Positions 20,587 through 35,400 are shown, numbered from the whole stretch's first letter. The stretch is DNA of 63,071 nucleotides, filler included, from Aduncisulcus paluster (GCA_024181965.1; 13 parts of 13 records of this genome joined end to end with filler, not necessarily neighbours in it), one strand, 5' to 3'. Numbers and translations are program-made. Notes: a model not told the origin generated them from the sequence alone.

Positions 20587-23052
20587 CTTGGATTTGACTT
20601 CTTGCTCTTTGGGTTTCGATTGATTATCCTGTCTTTCTTGCTCCTGTCTTCTCTGTTCTTTAATCCGCTGAGTTTCTTCCCGAAGTCTCTTCTGCTTCTC
20701 CAATTCAATCTTTACCTTCTCTGCTTCTTCTTCTTTCTTTTTGTCTGCTTTCTTTTTCAAATATTCCTCATAGGCATCATCATCAAGTTCCTCCACTTCC
20801 TCAATTTCTTCATACATATCGGCATCAAACAGAGCATCAATATCTTCAACACTCTCTCCTTCACTCTCCTCTTCTTTCGTATCCGGTTTTGACGCAGATT
20901 CATTGGGTTTGGGAGGAATATCCGAGGGATTGTCTGAGGACATTGAGGGAGTGGGTTTCACAGGAGGTGGAGGAGAGTAGATACCCGGATCACCCTTGAG
21001 ATCTCCAACACCCTTTCCTTCCTCGAATGTACGAAGGACACTCACAGGGGTCTTAGTACGCTCTGGTGGAACGTTATCCTCTTTCTCTCCCTTGTGTTTT
21101 GAATGAATGGCATTCCCATCATCCTCCTCTTCATCTTCTTCCACAATGTATTCAATCTCAACGAAAGAATTCATCTCCTCTTCATCTTTCTCTTCATCCA
21201 TCTCTTCAGTGTGAACTTGGTTATCATCCTCACTTTTTCCCTCTGACTCTTCCCGATCAGCGTTTGATGCTATTGATTTCTTATGGTCGGGAAGATGGGG
21301 TATCAAAACTTCATTCGTGTCATGTTCTTGAGCTTGGTTATCCTTTTCCTCGATATGTTCAAGTTCTTGAATGGTAGAAGTCACAACCGATTCAAGCGAT
21401 TCAACAGTAGCAACTTTCTCAACTTCTTCTTTCATCATCTTTTCTGACTCTTCAGGCTGAACGCTTGTTTTTGGTTCCTCACGTTCGAGTTCTTGAATGC
21501 TAGAGGCTTGAACAGATCCAACAGCGGCAACTTTCTCAAATTCTTTTATCTTTCTTTTCAACTCTTCGCGTTCAGCCTTTAATTTAGCTTCCTCACGCTC
21601 AAGATGTTGACGCATCAAAACTTCATTTTCTTGAGCTTGTTTGGCCTTTTCCTCAGCACGTTCGAGTTCTTGGATGGCAGACGATTCGACTGATTCTACA
21701 GCAATGGTGATTTGTTTCTCAGCTTCTATTAATATCTTTTGTTTCATCTCAGCAACAGCTCTATTCGAACGAGCCTCTGCCTCTGCTCTAATCTTATCAA
21801 TGTCTTCTTGAGTATAATACTGACTCAAATCGACCTTCGAAGACTCTTGTTCTTGCTCAACAACATCATTAGGAACAACTTTCTCAAGTTCTTTCTCAGC
21901 GATAACCAGCCGGCGTTTCAAGTCAACGTTCTCTTCCACCAAAGCGGCCAACTTACTTTGTTCAGGCTCCCCATTCTTCTTTTGATCATGTTTTTGCTCC
22001 CCAACAAGGGGAAGAAGATCCTTGTACATGGATTCAGCAACCGTTCTGGCAGCCTCAGCCTCAACAACTCTTCGCTCCACATCTTGCATTCCTGTTCTCA
22101 ATGATTTCTCCCCAAGAGATTTCCCTTCTTTGAATCCCTCATCTCTGGCTCTACGCACACGCACACGCATGGTCTCTTCATAATGTTCCCTGAGTTGCTC
22201 TGTGATACTGTGAATACGATGGGAGGAAACACGTTCTTGCTCGTGTGTGAGTGATGCATACCGAGCCTCCTGTTCCGCTCGAAGCTCACCCTCAATGCGG
22301 GCACGGATGGAAGACACCATAGGGGCAGGAACTGGAGAGATATCATTCATATCGCCCTGCTGAGAGAAGAGAGTGGATGCCGGTGTGTGAGGGTGTATAT
22401 GCTCAGGTGGAAGGGCATCTTCATTGAGCCCTGCAGTTGTCTCCATGACTTCTTTGCTGACTCTTTCTGCCTCTCTTCTCCACACAGATAGAAGAGGAGT
22501 TGAGATTGGCTGTCTTGACTGAGGTCTACTGTGGAGGGTATCCAAACCGGCAACACCATCGATATTGCTGATGCTACGAACAATCTCAGAGTCTTCCTCC
22601 CTTCTCTTCCTCTCTCTTTCTCTCAGACGTTTGGCCTCTTCCTCAAGAAGAATACGACGAGGTGTGATAGAGCGAGTGAGCGAACGACGAGGTGGAAGAG
22701 AACTAGTAGGAGTTGATGGTGCCCCAAACTCTTGGTTTCTGTTTTCTTGCCGTGTCGAAGCTGGCTCAGTATTTGCTTCAACATCACTTTGCTCAACGCT
22801 ACAGCTTGGACGCATCGCTTCCTTGTCTTCTTGTTGCTTTGAAACACTACTGACACTCGTCTCATCCTCACCAGCTGTCTGCTTCTCTGCTGGTGAGAGC
22901 TTCTGGAGTGATTGATTGCCCCCTTTGGTACTACTGACAGGGCTTTCCTGTGCATTGTCCTCGAGTGGAGATTCTTTCTCAATATGTTCAGGGGAAGAGT
23001 GAGATTCAATTAGTTCCTTCTTTCCTTCATCTTCTTCAAATAAAACCTTTAC
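20587..23052 (-). CDS. E/K-rich coiled-coil hypothetical protein, partial at both ends
   Basis: A single open frame spans the whole contig. Confidence 0.75.
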
Positions 23053-23154
23053 ATNNNNNNNNNNNNNNNNNNNNNNNNNNNNNNNNNNNNNNNNNNNNTT
23101 AATTAATTAANNNNNNNNNNNNNNNNNNNNNNNNNNNNNNNNNNNNNNNNNNNN

Positions 23155-25096
23155 CTCCTGTTTTCCACCTTTGTCTATATACTTGTTTATCCTCTTCATC
23201 TCCTTTCGCAATTCTATCTGCCAATTTAACAGCGAAAGGGGTGTCATCTTTCTCAATAATATCTTCAATAGTCCTTCTTTTCCCAGAATTATCAAGTTGA
23301 GAAGGTTCCTTATCTAAAAATAGACCCTTTTGTTCAATTTTTGTTTTCCCAACCATTACAACCCCTTGCGAGGATATTTTCATTCCTTTCTTCGCTTTCT
23401 TTGCAAGACGTCGCATCTCTTGGATTTTTTTTGCTCTTTTTGTAAACTCATCCTCTCCTTCATCTTTCCCATTTTCTTTTTCTTTCTCATCATCTATATT
23501 TATCTCAAGAGATACCTCTTTTTCTCCCTTCCGAACAAGAATATCATCACCAATGTCATCAATAAACTCATTGATTCGGGTCTCTTTTTGTTCTTCAAAA
23601 ACTTCAGATTTTGGAGCCTTCTTGCCAAAGAATTCATGAATATCAGCCTCCGAAGGTTTAATCTTTCTTCCGCTTTTAACTTTGACTGTCGGGGTGTTCA
23701 CAAGACCAAAGCAATGACTAAGTCGACAGAGATCGATGCCAGAGGGAACTTTCCACATTGCTTTATCTCTCTTGCTTTCTTCATAGAGTTGTGTGACATG
23801 TGACAAATAAGCTCTTTCAGCTAGGTGCTTCATTCTAGGATTCTTGGCAACGGAAACACACACACTGCCGGTAATATCCAGCCGAGTTAACGTATCCGTG
23901 GGAACCGTAAGTTTTAGAGGAATCTTTGACTTCTTTGCAAGAGATTTATATCGACTCTCTTGATATGGTTCCAACATGGTAATAACTTGACCTGACTTAT
24001 CAAGACGACCAGTACGACCAGCCCGATGTATGTATGTCTTCATATCACTTGGTGGGGCTGTCTGAACAACCAATTGAACCCCCTCGAAGTCCAAACCTCT
24101 CGCAGCAACATCAGATGCAAGCAAACACGCCTTTTGTTTCCTGTTAAATTCATAGAAGACATCCATTCTCTTCTTGGCTCTTAATTTCGAGGATAACATA
24201 TACAATGGAATTCCTGGTCGAATCATCTTGAAACATTCATACCAAAATTGCGCTTCTCGGGCAGTGGAGAAAAATACAATAATTTTTAAATTTGATTTTG
24301 ATCTCAATAGAGAAAAAAGAACTGATGGTTTATCTATTTGTTTTATCAACATATATCTTTGGAATATCTGGACGGGAGTGGAAATAGAACTCGAGCTATG
24401 AGCATAACACAGTTCTGGTTTGTATAATGTCTTTGATATAAATTCTTTCAATTTATCATTCTCAGTTGCTGAGAACAAGAGAGTTTGGCGCCTTCTACGA
24501 CCTGAATCCTGTAATTTCTCACCAGAAGCAGGCGGAAGAGCAGAAATAATCATGTCCATTTTCTTACGAAATCCCATTGACAACATAGAGTCAGCTTCAT
24601 CAAGAACAAGGATACGCAAATTTGAAGGATCAAACAAGGGAGTTTCTTCTAAATGTTGGAGAAGTCGACCAGGAGTTGCGATGAGTATGTTCATTCGAGA
24701 TAATACTTTTGCCTCTTCTTCCACACTTTTACCTCCAATAATAAGACCACACGAAAAATCATACACACCCCCAACACTTGTAAAAACATGAAATGTTTGC
24801 ATGGCTATTTCTCGAGTTGGGCACAGGATGAGAGCACCTAATCCATCATATGCCGTCCATTCTTCTTTAGCAAGGCATTCTAAGATGGGAATAATAAATG
24901 CCAATGTTTTGCCACTCCCTGTTTTAGCAATACCAATCACATCTCGGCCAGCAATTGAATGGGGAATGGTGATTTGTTGAATTCGAGTAGTTTTAATAAA
25001 ATCATTATCTTTTAATCCGCTCAAAGTCCTTTCTTTTAAATGAAGATCTCGAAACAGTGTTGGATCCACGTTTTTTTGCTTCAATTCTTTCCCCAT
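23155..25096 (-). CDS. DBP4: DEAD-box RNA helicase DBP4/DDX10, 3'-partial
   Basis: AKTGSGKTLAF, W...DGLGALILCPTRE, GLIIGGK, NILIATPGRLLQH, LVLDEAD, RQTLLFSAT, ARGLDF, YIHRAGRTGR. Confidence 0.88.
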
Positions 25097-25371
25097 GACA
25101 AGAATAAAAAGTATTCATTCATATGATTATTTTCTCAGGAAAAGAATGTTGGGGAAACCATTTTATATTTTTTTTTTCTGCTTGAATTAATAATAATATA
25201 TTACTTCTATTTAACAATATAGGAATACGCTCAGACATCAATCAAGGAGCTTTTGTAGCGTTTGCAATAGATTTGGAGTTAAAAAAAATGGTGAATAAAA
25301 CATGATATTGACAATAAAAGACAAATTTCAACCTATTGTATTTCTTTTCAAAATTTATTATTTTAGAACAG

Positions 25372-25625
25372 ATGTATCGTATTTTTGGAACACCATATGA
25401 GGCAGGTGAACAAGTCTGTTCTAACCACAGAAAGTAGTGTTGATACTCGTCGTCGTAGAGCCAAGATGGCGGTTGCTTTACGGAAAGAAAAAAGGAGTCA
25501 ACTTTTGAAATCGCGCAGGTCTGCCAGAACCCAATCACAGGCTTCATCAAGTAGTGTTGGATCTCATCATGCTGTTGAGAAGTCATTCCAAGAAATTCAG
25601 CGTATTGATACCCATTTGGCCAACA
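25372..25625 (+). CDS. Importin-alpha-like N-terminus (IBB domain), 3'-partial; start at 25372 (with micro-intron) or 25397
   Basis: RRRR....VALRKEKR..LLKSRR is the IBB consensus. Confidence 0.7.
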
Positions 25626-25725
25626 NNNNNNNNNNNNNNNNNNNNNNNNNNNNNNNNNNNNNNNNNNNNTTAATTAATTAANNNNNNNNNNNNNNNNNNN
25701 NNNNNNNNNNNNNNNNNNNNNNNNN

Positions 25726-28700
25726 GGTTTGTAGGTTTGATACGAGTCAAGAGAAAGCTCCAGGGTTTCAGTAATCGGACAATCACTGTATGTTTCTGGA
25801 AGAGTAAAGATATCAGTGTCCAACAATTCAGCGAAATCCGTGATATAACTATAACTTAAACATATATTATCCATATAAATTGTTTCATATGAATTATTGG
25901 ACAAAATAGGGAAAATATCAGAAATTGGATTGTACCTCAAGTCAAGATAAACCAAATTATGCATATATGCAACGGGTGAAATGTCTTCAATGGTTCCATT
26001 CATAAGAACTAGCGTTGTTAGATTGACTGCATATTCAAGACCGGCCATAGAACTGACACCAGCAGAGATCTCAATACTTGTTAATGACCTTAGTTCTGCC
26101 ACTGTAATGACGTGAGAAGGACTGTATCCAAGGCTAATACAAATCGCATCACGTAGGACAGTGTCCTCAATGAGATGACAAAGACCCGTCGAGGCTTCGT
26201 AAAAAGTATTAAGTGCACAGGAGGAAGCATCAAAGGATATGGATTCATTTCCAATGATCGACGGGGCGGACACAGAGATAGCAGAAGGATCACAGTATCC
26301 AGACAATTCACATCCATCAATGGGACAAGATAGAGGAGTTTGTTTTTCAGCTGTGGCTTTGTAAGGGTACACTTCCGTCCCAAAGACAGAACCATTAACA
26401 TCAGAATCATTGATACTCCAGATATCAGTCATATTTGTATAGTACGAGGGATATTCATACCCAAATTTAGAATTATACGGAGTACCAGAACTCACAGCAC
26501 CCCAGAAAGCATACAATTCATCAGGATCATCGGTGTAGCATATCCCAACAGAAGCAACACTTACTTCATAAGACGGATAAGTTGTTGTTAAATATCTAGG
26601 AACAAAAGTATCGCTCAATGTCAGACCTTGGAGGTTCTTGTTGTTATACAGAGGAGTAATGTCACTAATGTTGATGTTACCAGAGAGGCGAATGTTTGAG
26701 AAGTTAGTTCTCCTCGAGAAAGCTGTGAGCGAGTAAGATGAGAGATTGTTCAAACCTAATGACAAACTATTCTCCATAGAGGTCATGGATGAACCCTCCG
26801 TGTTACCACCCACATAGGACATTCCCTCGAGATCAGCAATGAAATTGTCAGTAAGTTTTACACTCGAAGCATGGATTAGACCCAAGGGGCTGACAGATTT
26901 CAAAGAATGTATGTAATTCAAATCCAAACTCAAATGGTGTAATACGGAAGAATTGCCACGCAAATGAACTTGGAAAAGGTGATTATTAGAGAGTTTGACA
27001 TCAGTTAGGCTTGGAAAATCAGCCAAGACTCCTGCATCACCAAGGTTACAGTTCGTGGCAACGAGAGATTTAAGGCTGTCTTTGCACAATTCGATACCAT
27101 TGAGTCGATTAAAGTTACTATTATGAGCGATATGCAACAAAACAACAGAACATGGAGTTTCAGCTGTGGTTGTGGTGGCACTGGGGAGCATGGAAAGAGG
27201 AGAATAGTAAGGAGAAACATATGTACTGGAGTAATCTGCGATGTCATTGTTGGGGACAACAATTTGGATTAGATATGAGAAAGATCTGAAATCGGGGAAA
27301 ATAGTCAAACTGCATCCTTTGGCATGAAATATCTTCAAAAATGGGAAATACGTATTCAAATTATACAATTCTTCTTGTATTGTAGATAGATCTGTTTTGT
27401 CGAGGGTCAGTTTCGTCACAGAAGAAGGCATAGATGACAAGAAATCCAAGGTCATACCATCTAAATTGGAGAGTATCAAGTGTTCAAGCTCGGAGGCAAT
27501 AATTTGATGAGATGGATAAAGAGTAAGCTCCCCTTCTTCAATGCCAAATATTCCAGAACCATCTAAATTTAGATACTGCAGGTTTGAAGAGGTATTGGAG
27601 ATATTAAGAGTAGAGGTCAATGGATTTGAAGCTAGGTTAATTCTATATATAGAATCCCCAGTGTAACCAAACTTTACGATACTGCAGTGTGACAGATTTA
27701 AGGTTTTGATTTCCCAATAAGTCTTCATTTGTTCCACAGAGGATAAACTAGAGTTATACGAAAGGTCAAGAGTATCAATCAAACTTGTTCTTACATATAG
27801 CCTTGAAGTGGAAATATTCACATCGTCAAGGGTAGCGAAGTTACAATGAGCGGCTGTAAATGAAAGATAACAGCCAACAGAGGCAGCAGGTACAGTAATA
27901 TCGGCATAAGATAAGTCCGTGTTACTTGAAACATCAATAGAAAGCAAGGAAACCGTTGTTCTTAAGGCGTTAAGGGGCAATTCTGTCATTCCAGTATTGA
28001 CAGCACTGAGAGTTGTAAAATACTCAGAAATCGGATAATAAGTACTGAGATCCAAATTTCCAATCGGATTATTATCCAATATAAGAGTTCTGAGGCCAGA
28101 TAATATGTGTACAAGTTGTGAATTGAACTCAGAGAGAGCATTGTCAGAGAGATTAAGAGTGGTCAGGGTTGAAGGACCCTCGGATATCATACCACAAAAA
28201 TAAGTTAAATTGGGGTTTTTTGTGATAATTATCGTCTTAATAGCCGTCCAGGAGCTCATATAGGTGGTAAAGTTCCAAAAATAGGCAGATTCAGAATCAG
28301 CGAGTCCTGCATTCTCAAGGCGCAAATATTCCAAAGTATCAGAAGAAGAGGAAAGATAAAAACCGATTGTGCTCGTAGCATAACAGTTTACAAGGGTAAA
28401 CGTTTGAATTCCCGTTGAGAGAGGTTCTAAGAGAAATGAACCATTATATACCGTTGAATTACTATATGAGTATGAAGTTAGAAAATCTGAATCGTCACAG
28501 GTGAAATAAAAACCCTTAAAATTTTCCATGTACTGAATTCCATTGAGATCCTGAACAGCAGTGACCTCTTGGCCTCCTAGAAGAATTTTGAAGGGGGATG
28601 ACGGAACTATACCTGTAGTGAATGTATCTTCAGTTATTTCACAGCTTTTATCAAATCCATAGTACTCACACATTGATTGTCGCAGGATATCATCACTGAC

Positions 28701-28763
28701 ATCATACGCCGAGACAAAGTTCTCAGAAATAATAAAGAAAATAAAAAAGAGGAGAATTGGCAT
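25726..28763 (-). CDS. Secreted/surface leucine-rich repeat protein (internalin-like), 3'-partial
   Basis: Signal peptide MPILLFFIFF...VSA (alternative upstream ATG at 28835); many LxxLxLxxN repeats; D..LR..IC caps; GLEYAVNLTTL. Confidence 0.85.
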
Positions 28764-30552
28764 AACAAATGGATGTAAATGTGATAGATGAGAGAAAGTA
28801 TGACTGAATTCAATGGTCATGTTCGATTTCATCATTTTTTAGAGTAATTTTAAGGAAAATAATATTCTGATGTGCAAAAAGAATAGTGTAAGTAGAAAGG
28901 ATGAAAGAATAATGGAAATATTCCTTGGTAATTTTTCTATTACGGAAAAAAAATGGATTCGGATTTCCATCAGTGATTTCGAATAAAAATAATTCTAGAT
29001 GTTGATTTTTATGGTTAATCAATTTAAACTTTTTATTGAAATATTGTTTTGAACATTTCAAACAGAAAAAAAATTATTCCATCTTCTGAATGGGATGGAT
29101 GACTTCTGTAATAGAATTTGATCAAATATCATAATTTATGTTATTGAGTGGTTTCGAAAATTTGATGATTTATTCTTTTGGAGCATTTTTTGCCTGTTGA
29201 AGGTATTGATCTCTTCCTGAGCCATGCTTTCAGTTATAATAAGAATAGTAATATTTCTCTTTCTTTATTCATTGAGACGTTAATTTCAACGCAGAAATAA
29301 ACTTGGATAACCCATTACAAAACTTGTACTTGCTGGAAATTCAATTTTGCTGTCAATGGATCTTCCTCAGAGAGGTAAATGTCCAAAATATATATCCAGA
29401 TCTATCTAATTCGTATCATGGCTGAGGGGAAGAAATATTATCCCATTTACCACCTTCAGTGTTATCCAAATACATAGAGGCTAAAGAATGCATAATTGAT
29501 ATCTATGAAGACGAAAAAGATCCTATAAATTATAGTTGTGTTGCTGATATTTCATTTATTCCACCTATAGGGTATCCCAAGTTTGTTAAAACTAAAAATG
29601 TCTCTGTGAGTTCAATTTCTACGGATAACTAACTTAGTTATAACTAAGGAAAAGATGCAATTGGACAACAATATGAAGATAAAATCAATTATTACATCGA
29701 GATCTTGTTTCCATTGCCTCAGATTTAAAACACTCCATTTCTATTATTCTGAATTATAAATCCTCCACGTGATAGGCCTTGTATTGAGTCTTTGAGTAAT
29801 CCATCTCTCGGGCACCGTCATCTTTATGTGATTTCCTTCCTTCTGGATACTAGAAGGGAAAAAATGGGGTGTTCCGGATACTCAGGTGAAAAAGATATGT
29901 GTTTTGAGAGTCACTGGTTGTTGCGGTATTCCTTTCTTGTTCAAGAAATTCTTGAAAAAGATAAAAAGCCATTTTAGGTTAAGGGTAGCTACTCTGCTTG
30001 ATTTCGATTGAGTGGTGCCTCCTTAATCAACCCCATCGATACCATAACCCTATGTCAGATGGCATTAGCGTTCAACGTGGACTCTTCCTGCAATTCCTCG
30101 GAGGAGGTGTTTGGGGTTATGCGATGAAACGTTGCGTTTTTATGACACTGGACGAAGTCTTGTCGTTTTATTATCTTATGGTAATGAAATGGACATTATT
30201 TCTAGTTTGGTTGTATATGGAATCAAATATTTGATTCATTGGTTGATAAAACGATGAATTGGACTCAGATATTGTTATTTTCCTCGAGTATAATTTCTAG
30301 TAATGACATCATGTATGATATTTCGGTAGAATTGTCGTCTTGGACCGGTGATTTCCACAACCCTCAAGAAATGCCATCAAGAAAACAAAAATCAGAAATA
30401 AATTTCAAATATCAATCATTATTTTAATATTATCCCCTTTTCTCTTTATTTCTAAAATATCCAACATCCCTCGGAAAAAATTTCAAAATGCCTAAATTTT
30501 CTTGTGAATTGAAGTATAGTTATCACAATATATACTTAAATTGATATTTAAA

Positions 30553-31530
30553 ATGTCAATCATAGCTCAACATGCCCCTGTACATATTCCATGTCCCGAT
30601 AGTACCATGGGAATTGATGCAGATGATGATGTGGTTTCTCCCTCTGCCCCCAAGCCCGTTATCCTTGGATATGATTCATTTAGAAGGATTAAAGGTCCTC
30701 CAATCAATATTGTATCCTCTCTACCCACCTGTCCCACTCCAACACTGTACCCGATGTATTTGAATCCTCAAACTCCTTACAATGGGGCATTTATTCCTTC
30801 CATTGATAGTATTGAGTATAAATCCATTCTTACTGATCTATGGAAGAAAAAAATATCCTTCGAGCTTTTCAACAAGCATATTACACGCAGATTGGAGGCT
30901 GTATATGGTGGAGGAGAGAAATTCCATCCAGAGACCCCTGAACAAATCGATATCAGAAAACAGTTAGCCTCAGCATCTGCTAGTCTCACAATTCATATTA
31001 TTATTACCGTTATTGCCTTCATAATCTCAATTATTGCAATTGTCCTTTCCTCTTCAAATGTCGGCGTCATTTTTCTTGTTGTTTCCCTCATTTATGCTAT
31101 TGTTGCCTTGACTATAGCCTCCAAACGCAAGTCATCTGTGCACAATTACTGTGTCCATAATCCCATTGCTCTTTGCAATTACATTCAGATGCATTGTTGC
31201 CACATTAACACCAGAATCATGAGAAGGGGAATGTTTTTGATGGTCCATCCAGCTTGTTACTGTCAAAATGTCCCCACAAACGATCCGTCATTTATTTTAA
31301 TGCTCGTTTACGTTCAAATCAACCCGCAGCCGCCGCTCATTGGGTTTTTCGAACCAGACAAATTGATGGACAATCCCACCCAATTGATTCAAGTTGCGAA
31401 TGAATGTGCTGATAAATTAGTGCCTGTCGATGGCGGAATTGCAAAGAGTCATGTCTTCGAAGCCCCCGAAGCTATCATTGCGAATGCACAGAGGGTGGGT
31501 GCTGGAATTGCATTGTCAGCATTGAAATGA
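30553..31530 (+). CDS. Hypothetical membrane protein (2 TM hairpin)
   Basis: 325-aa ORF with two adjacent hydrophobic segments. Confidence 0.7.
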   Translation: MSIIAQHAPVHIPCPDSTMGIDADDDVVSPSAPKPVILGYDSFRRIKGPPINIVSSLPTCPTPTLYPMYLNPQTPYNGAFIPSIDSIEYKSILTDLWKKKISFELFNKHITRRLEAVYGGGEKFHPETPEQIDIRKQLASASASLTIHIIITVIAFIISIIAIVLSSSNVGVIFLVVSLIYAIVALTIASKRKSSVHNYCVHNPIALCNYIQMHCCHINTRIMRRGMFLMVHPACYCQNVPTNDPSFILMLVYVQINPQPPLIGFFEPDKLMDNPTQLIQVANECADKLVPVDGGIAKSHVFEAPEAIIANAQRVGAGIALSALK

Positions 31531-32458
31531 ACTTTTTAACACCGCAAAAAATTGATAAATTTAGCAAGTAATTGTTCCTAAACTGTCTAGTAAACTTATC
31601 ATTGTATAGAATAAGGATTGATCATAGCCAATCGAGAAAGATGCTAAAAAGAAGAACACTATAAAGAATAAAGGAACCACCTTTCACAAATTTGACCAAA
31701 CAATGGTTCAACAGGAAAATTAGATTGAACAAAATCAACTAATTAGTGATTTTCACAGGAAATAATCATCATAAAGGCTACTTTATATGCATTGTATTGA
31801 GATTTACAAACCTTCAAAACAAATTAATCCCGTTGAAGAGGACGAAAAAAGTGAATTTGTATTCTATTGTCAAATTTAAAATTAAAGCTATAGAAAACGA
31901 TTGTTTTGAAATGAAATTATTGCTTAATTGATATTTCTTGTTTTTCATAATCTGGTAAGTTATAGTTTGATATGGTATTAAATTTGTGAACTCAAACTCT
32001 GGAAATATAGATAATTGATATACCATAGATCAAAAATACAGTCAAAATGATGAATGTAGCTGTTCACCGTTTAAAGCAGAGATAACTTCAGAAAACATAC
32101 ACTTTACAGAAAATTTTGTTTTCAATGTGCTGAGATTGGATAAAAACCAATTTTAGGACAAAATCTTATCTTTGGAAAGGGGTTTCGGATAATTCAAAGG
32201 GGAAAAAGTGAGAAAATTTAATTTACCCCTTAGCAAAGAGACAAAAACAGAAAACTCCAATATTAATCATGTTGGGAAAATAAAATTGGAATATTAGAAA
32301 ATATTATTCCTTTTTATTGAATATTTTCGAACATTTATATTTGTAATCATCTCATTTCTTGCCAATTTCAAACTGATCCATTTCCCCGACGCTCTAAGAG
32401 TATAATTCAACCTATTTTGAAAATATCGGCTATTTAAAGCAATTATATATCTACTTCA

Positions 32459-35400
32459 ATGAAACAAAATCCGTTTCAAGACTTTCCTATGTGGGACACT
32501 TTTCATCTCCCCGTATTGAACCATTCTGAGGGTATTTTCAGAATCCCGTTGAATTATTTCATTTTACCGTTCTTGGTATTGGTATTGTCCTCCTTATTAT
32601 TTTTCGGCAACTCCAATCCCACCCTTTATGCCCATCATCCTTCTGAATTCCTTGATTATACTGTTGACAGAAATGTTGGAGATGCCTTTGGACGTGTCTC
32701 GGATATTACTATCTCCATGAATTGCATGGATTGTTTCATCTCGTCCTATTCCATGATGTTACCATCTTTCTCTTCTGACCGTTCGGGTCTGATCAGTTCA
32801 TTGTCTAAGTCCACGAGTAGTAGTCTTTCACCTCACAATTCCCATCAATCCCCGTGTTCTTCTTGTTGTCGTCTTTGTTCTGCCTGTTCCTCTGCTTTTG
32901 TTCGTGAATATGTTATGGCTGGCCATTCGACAGTTATAACCTTGCCCGTGAGATCGCCAATGATCTTACTCATAGCATAGACATTCTTTCTTATCCCACC
33001 ATGCCACTCTCAGAGGACCATTCTTTTTTGCAGCCACATCCCCTTGGTCTTCTCCTCATTGCTGCTCTCTCCATCACTCTTCTTGTTGTTTCTATTATTT
33101 CTACTATGCTTACTACTGGGAGTAGAATGAGCTCTATTCCTTCCATGCTCATATTCTTGGTTGTTCTGTGTGTTTCCTTCCAGTCTGTCCTTGGCTATGG
33201 TTTCACGAAAGAATGTTCCATGTATCTCTCCGAGGACGATCACTTGGTCTGCAATGAGGTATATCCTGGTCGTTACGCAGCCGAGTGTGAGGAGGGTTAT
33301 TATTACAATGAGGCCACTTATTCTTGTGTGGAAGATACTTCATCTCTTTGTCCAATCATTAGTGATGAGTATCACATGTGCATCCTTGCTGATGGAGATT
33401 CATCCCTTTCTCTGGGCTGTCGATCTGCCTGGTATGGCGATGAATGTGACCAGTTGTATCAGGTGCATATTCCAGATGCTTTATTTCGAAGTGATGTATG
33501 TTCTATGACTGATCACAATACTGAACCTAAATGTGATGTCTCTGCGTTTGAAATGGCTGCATGCGATAACTATTGCTATGTTTCATCATATAGTTCTCAT
33601 ATTAAAACAATAGAAGGTATCCAGTATTTTATCAACGCTTATTTTTATGATGCTACTGATATTGATATCTCTGGAATTTCCCCCATTTCTGTCCTTCATC
33701 AATTATCTTATTTATCTCTTTTAAAAATTGATGGATCATTTTTTATTAATATTCAGGATATTAATTCTTTGTTTCTTTTAAATCGATTATCGTATTTGGC
33801 CCTCTATGGAAATGATCAAATCTATGATATATCCGTATCATATAGGAACGTAGGAATGCAGTATATTGATATTGCATACGATCCATCATTCATTCCTCTA
33901 TGCCGCTCAGNNNNNNNNNNNNNNNNNNNNCTGGAACTTCCCCCATTTCTGTCCTTCATCAATTATCTTATTTATCTCTTTTAAAAATTGATGGATCATT
34001 TTTTATTAATATTCAGGATATTAATTCTTTGTTTCTTTTAAATCGATTATCGTATTTGGCCCTCTATGGAAATGATCAAATCTATGATATATCCGTATCA
34101 TATAGGAACGTAGGAATGCAGTATATTGATATTGCATACGATCCATCATTCATTCCTCTATGCCGCTCAGAAAATGACATAGATTATTGGTCTTTTTTTT
34201 CTTCTGTGTTTCCAATTCATGATGATGACACATCAATGAAAAATACAGATTACCTTCCAAATAATTGTCCCCTTAACTCAACAGTATTCTATTGTGGATC
34301 TTCAAATCCTTCAGCATGTCCTTCCATTGTTCTGAACGAAGTGTACAACAGTGTTGCTGATACTCCAGTTAAACAATGTGCTTTCATTGCAAAGACGAGT
34401 GGCTCTGTTGATGATGGTGATCTCACATGTTATACCATTCATGATGATAATATTCGGGCTTATTTGTCTGATCCCACCAATGGATGTCTGATTAGCTCTG
34501 ATATTGAATCCAATGGGATGATTAGTGTTGCTACATTGCGGAGTTCTCTGTCATGTCCTTCTTCCTCTTTGTCTCTCTCATCCATTGTAGCAGATATGGG
34601 CATATCATCTGTGAATTCCATCACGACTCTGCAAGGTCTTGAGTATGCCACTTCATTGACCTCTCTGACCCTTGATGGGTATGACTTGAGTGGAGATATC
34701 AATGAGAATGCCGAGTATGATAAGTTAGTTGTTCAGATCTTAGCGAAGGCTGTTGAATATGACACTTTTGCTTCTGGTCTCACATCTCTCTCTGCGAGTG
34801 GGTGTGGATTGGGTGCTGTCAGTGATGTTTTTGATCTGATTCCTATTGTTATTGGAGATTATACCACCCAACCCTTCAAACTCACTTCACTTGATCTTTC
34901 CAACAACAACATCTCTGATGTCTCTGTTCTCATCACATCTTCCATGTTTCCTGATAGTATTGATGGAGTTCTCACAACCCTTGACATCAGTGGCAATAAC
35001 ATCTGTGATATCGAAGGAATGGTGAGTGCTCTAGAATCCAACTTCCCAACCCTATCATCTATAACATATTCTGACCAAACATGCCATTGTTCTGCATCTG
35101 TGTCTTCTTCATCCTACCAAGTGTGTCGTGAAGTGTATCCCAATCAATGGGCTGTTGAGTGCTGGAATGGGTACTATCTCGACAAATCGACTGGAGAGTG
35201 CCTTGAGGTATGTGCGAGTGAGTCTGAGCTTGATACTTCCAGTGGAACCCCGCCATATTCGTGTACAACAGCTGCCTCAGATGTTGATGATTCCATTCGT
35301 CTCCAAGTATGTGAAAGAAATCTCAAAATGATGGCTGTTCTTGAAGTTGCTGCTTCATCCATCACATGCGGGTGTCGATCTGCCTGGTATGGCGATGATT

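Noticed and set aside
29330..30430. Possible decayed coding sequence between the LRR and membrane genes
   Set aside because: No consistent frame or recognisable motif.
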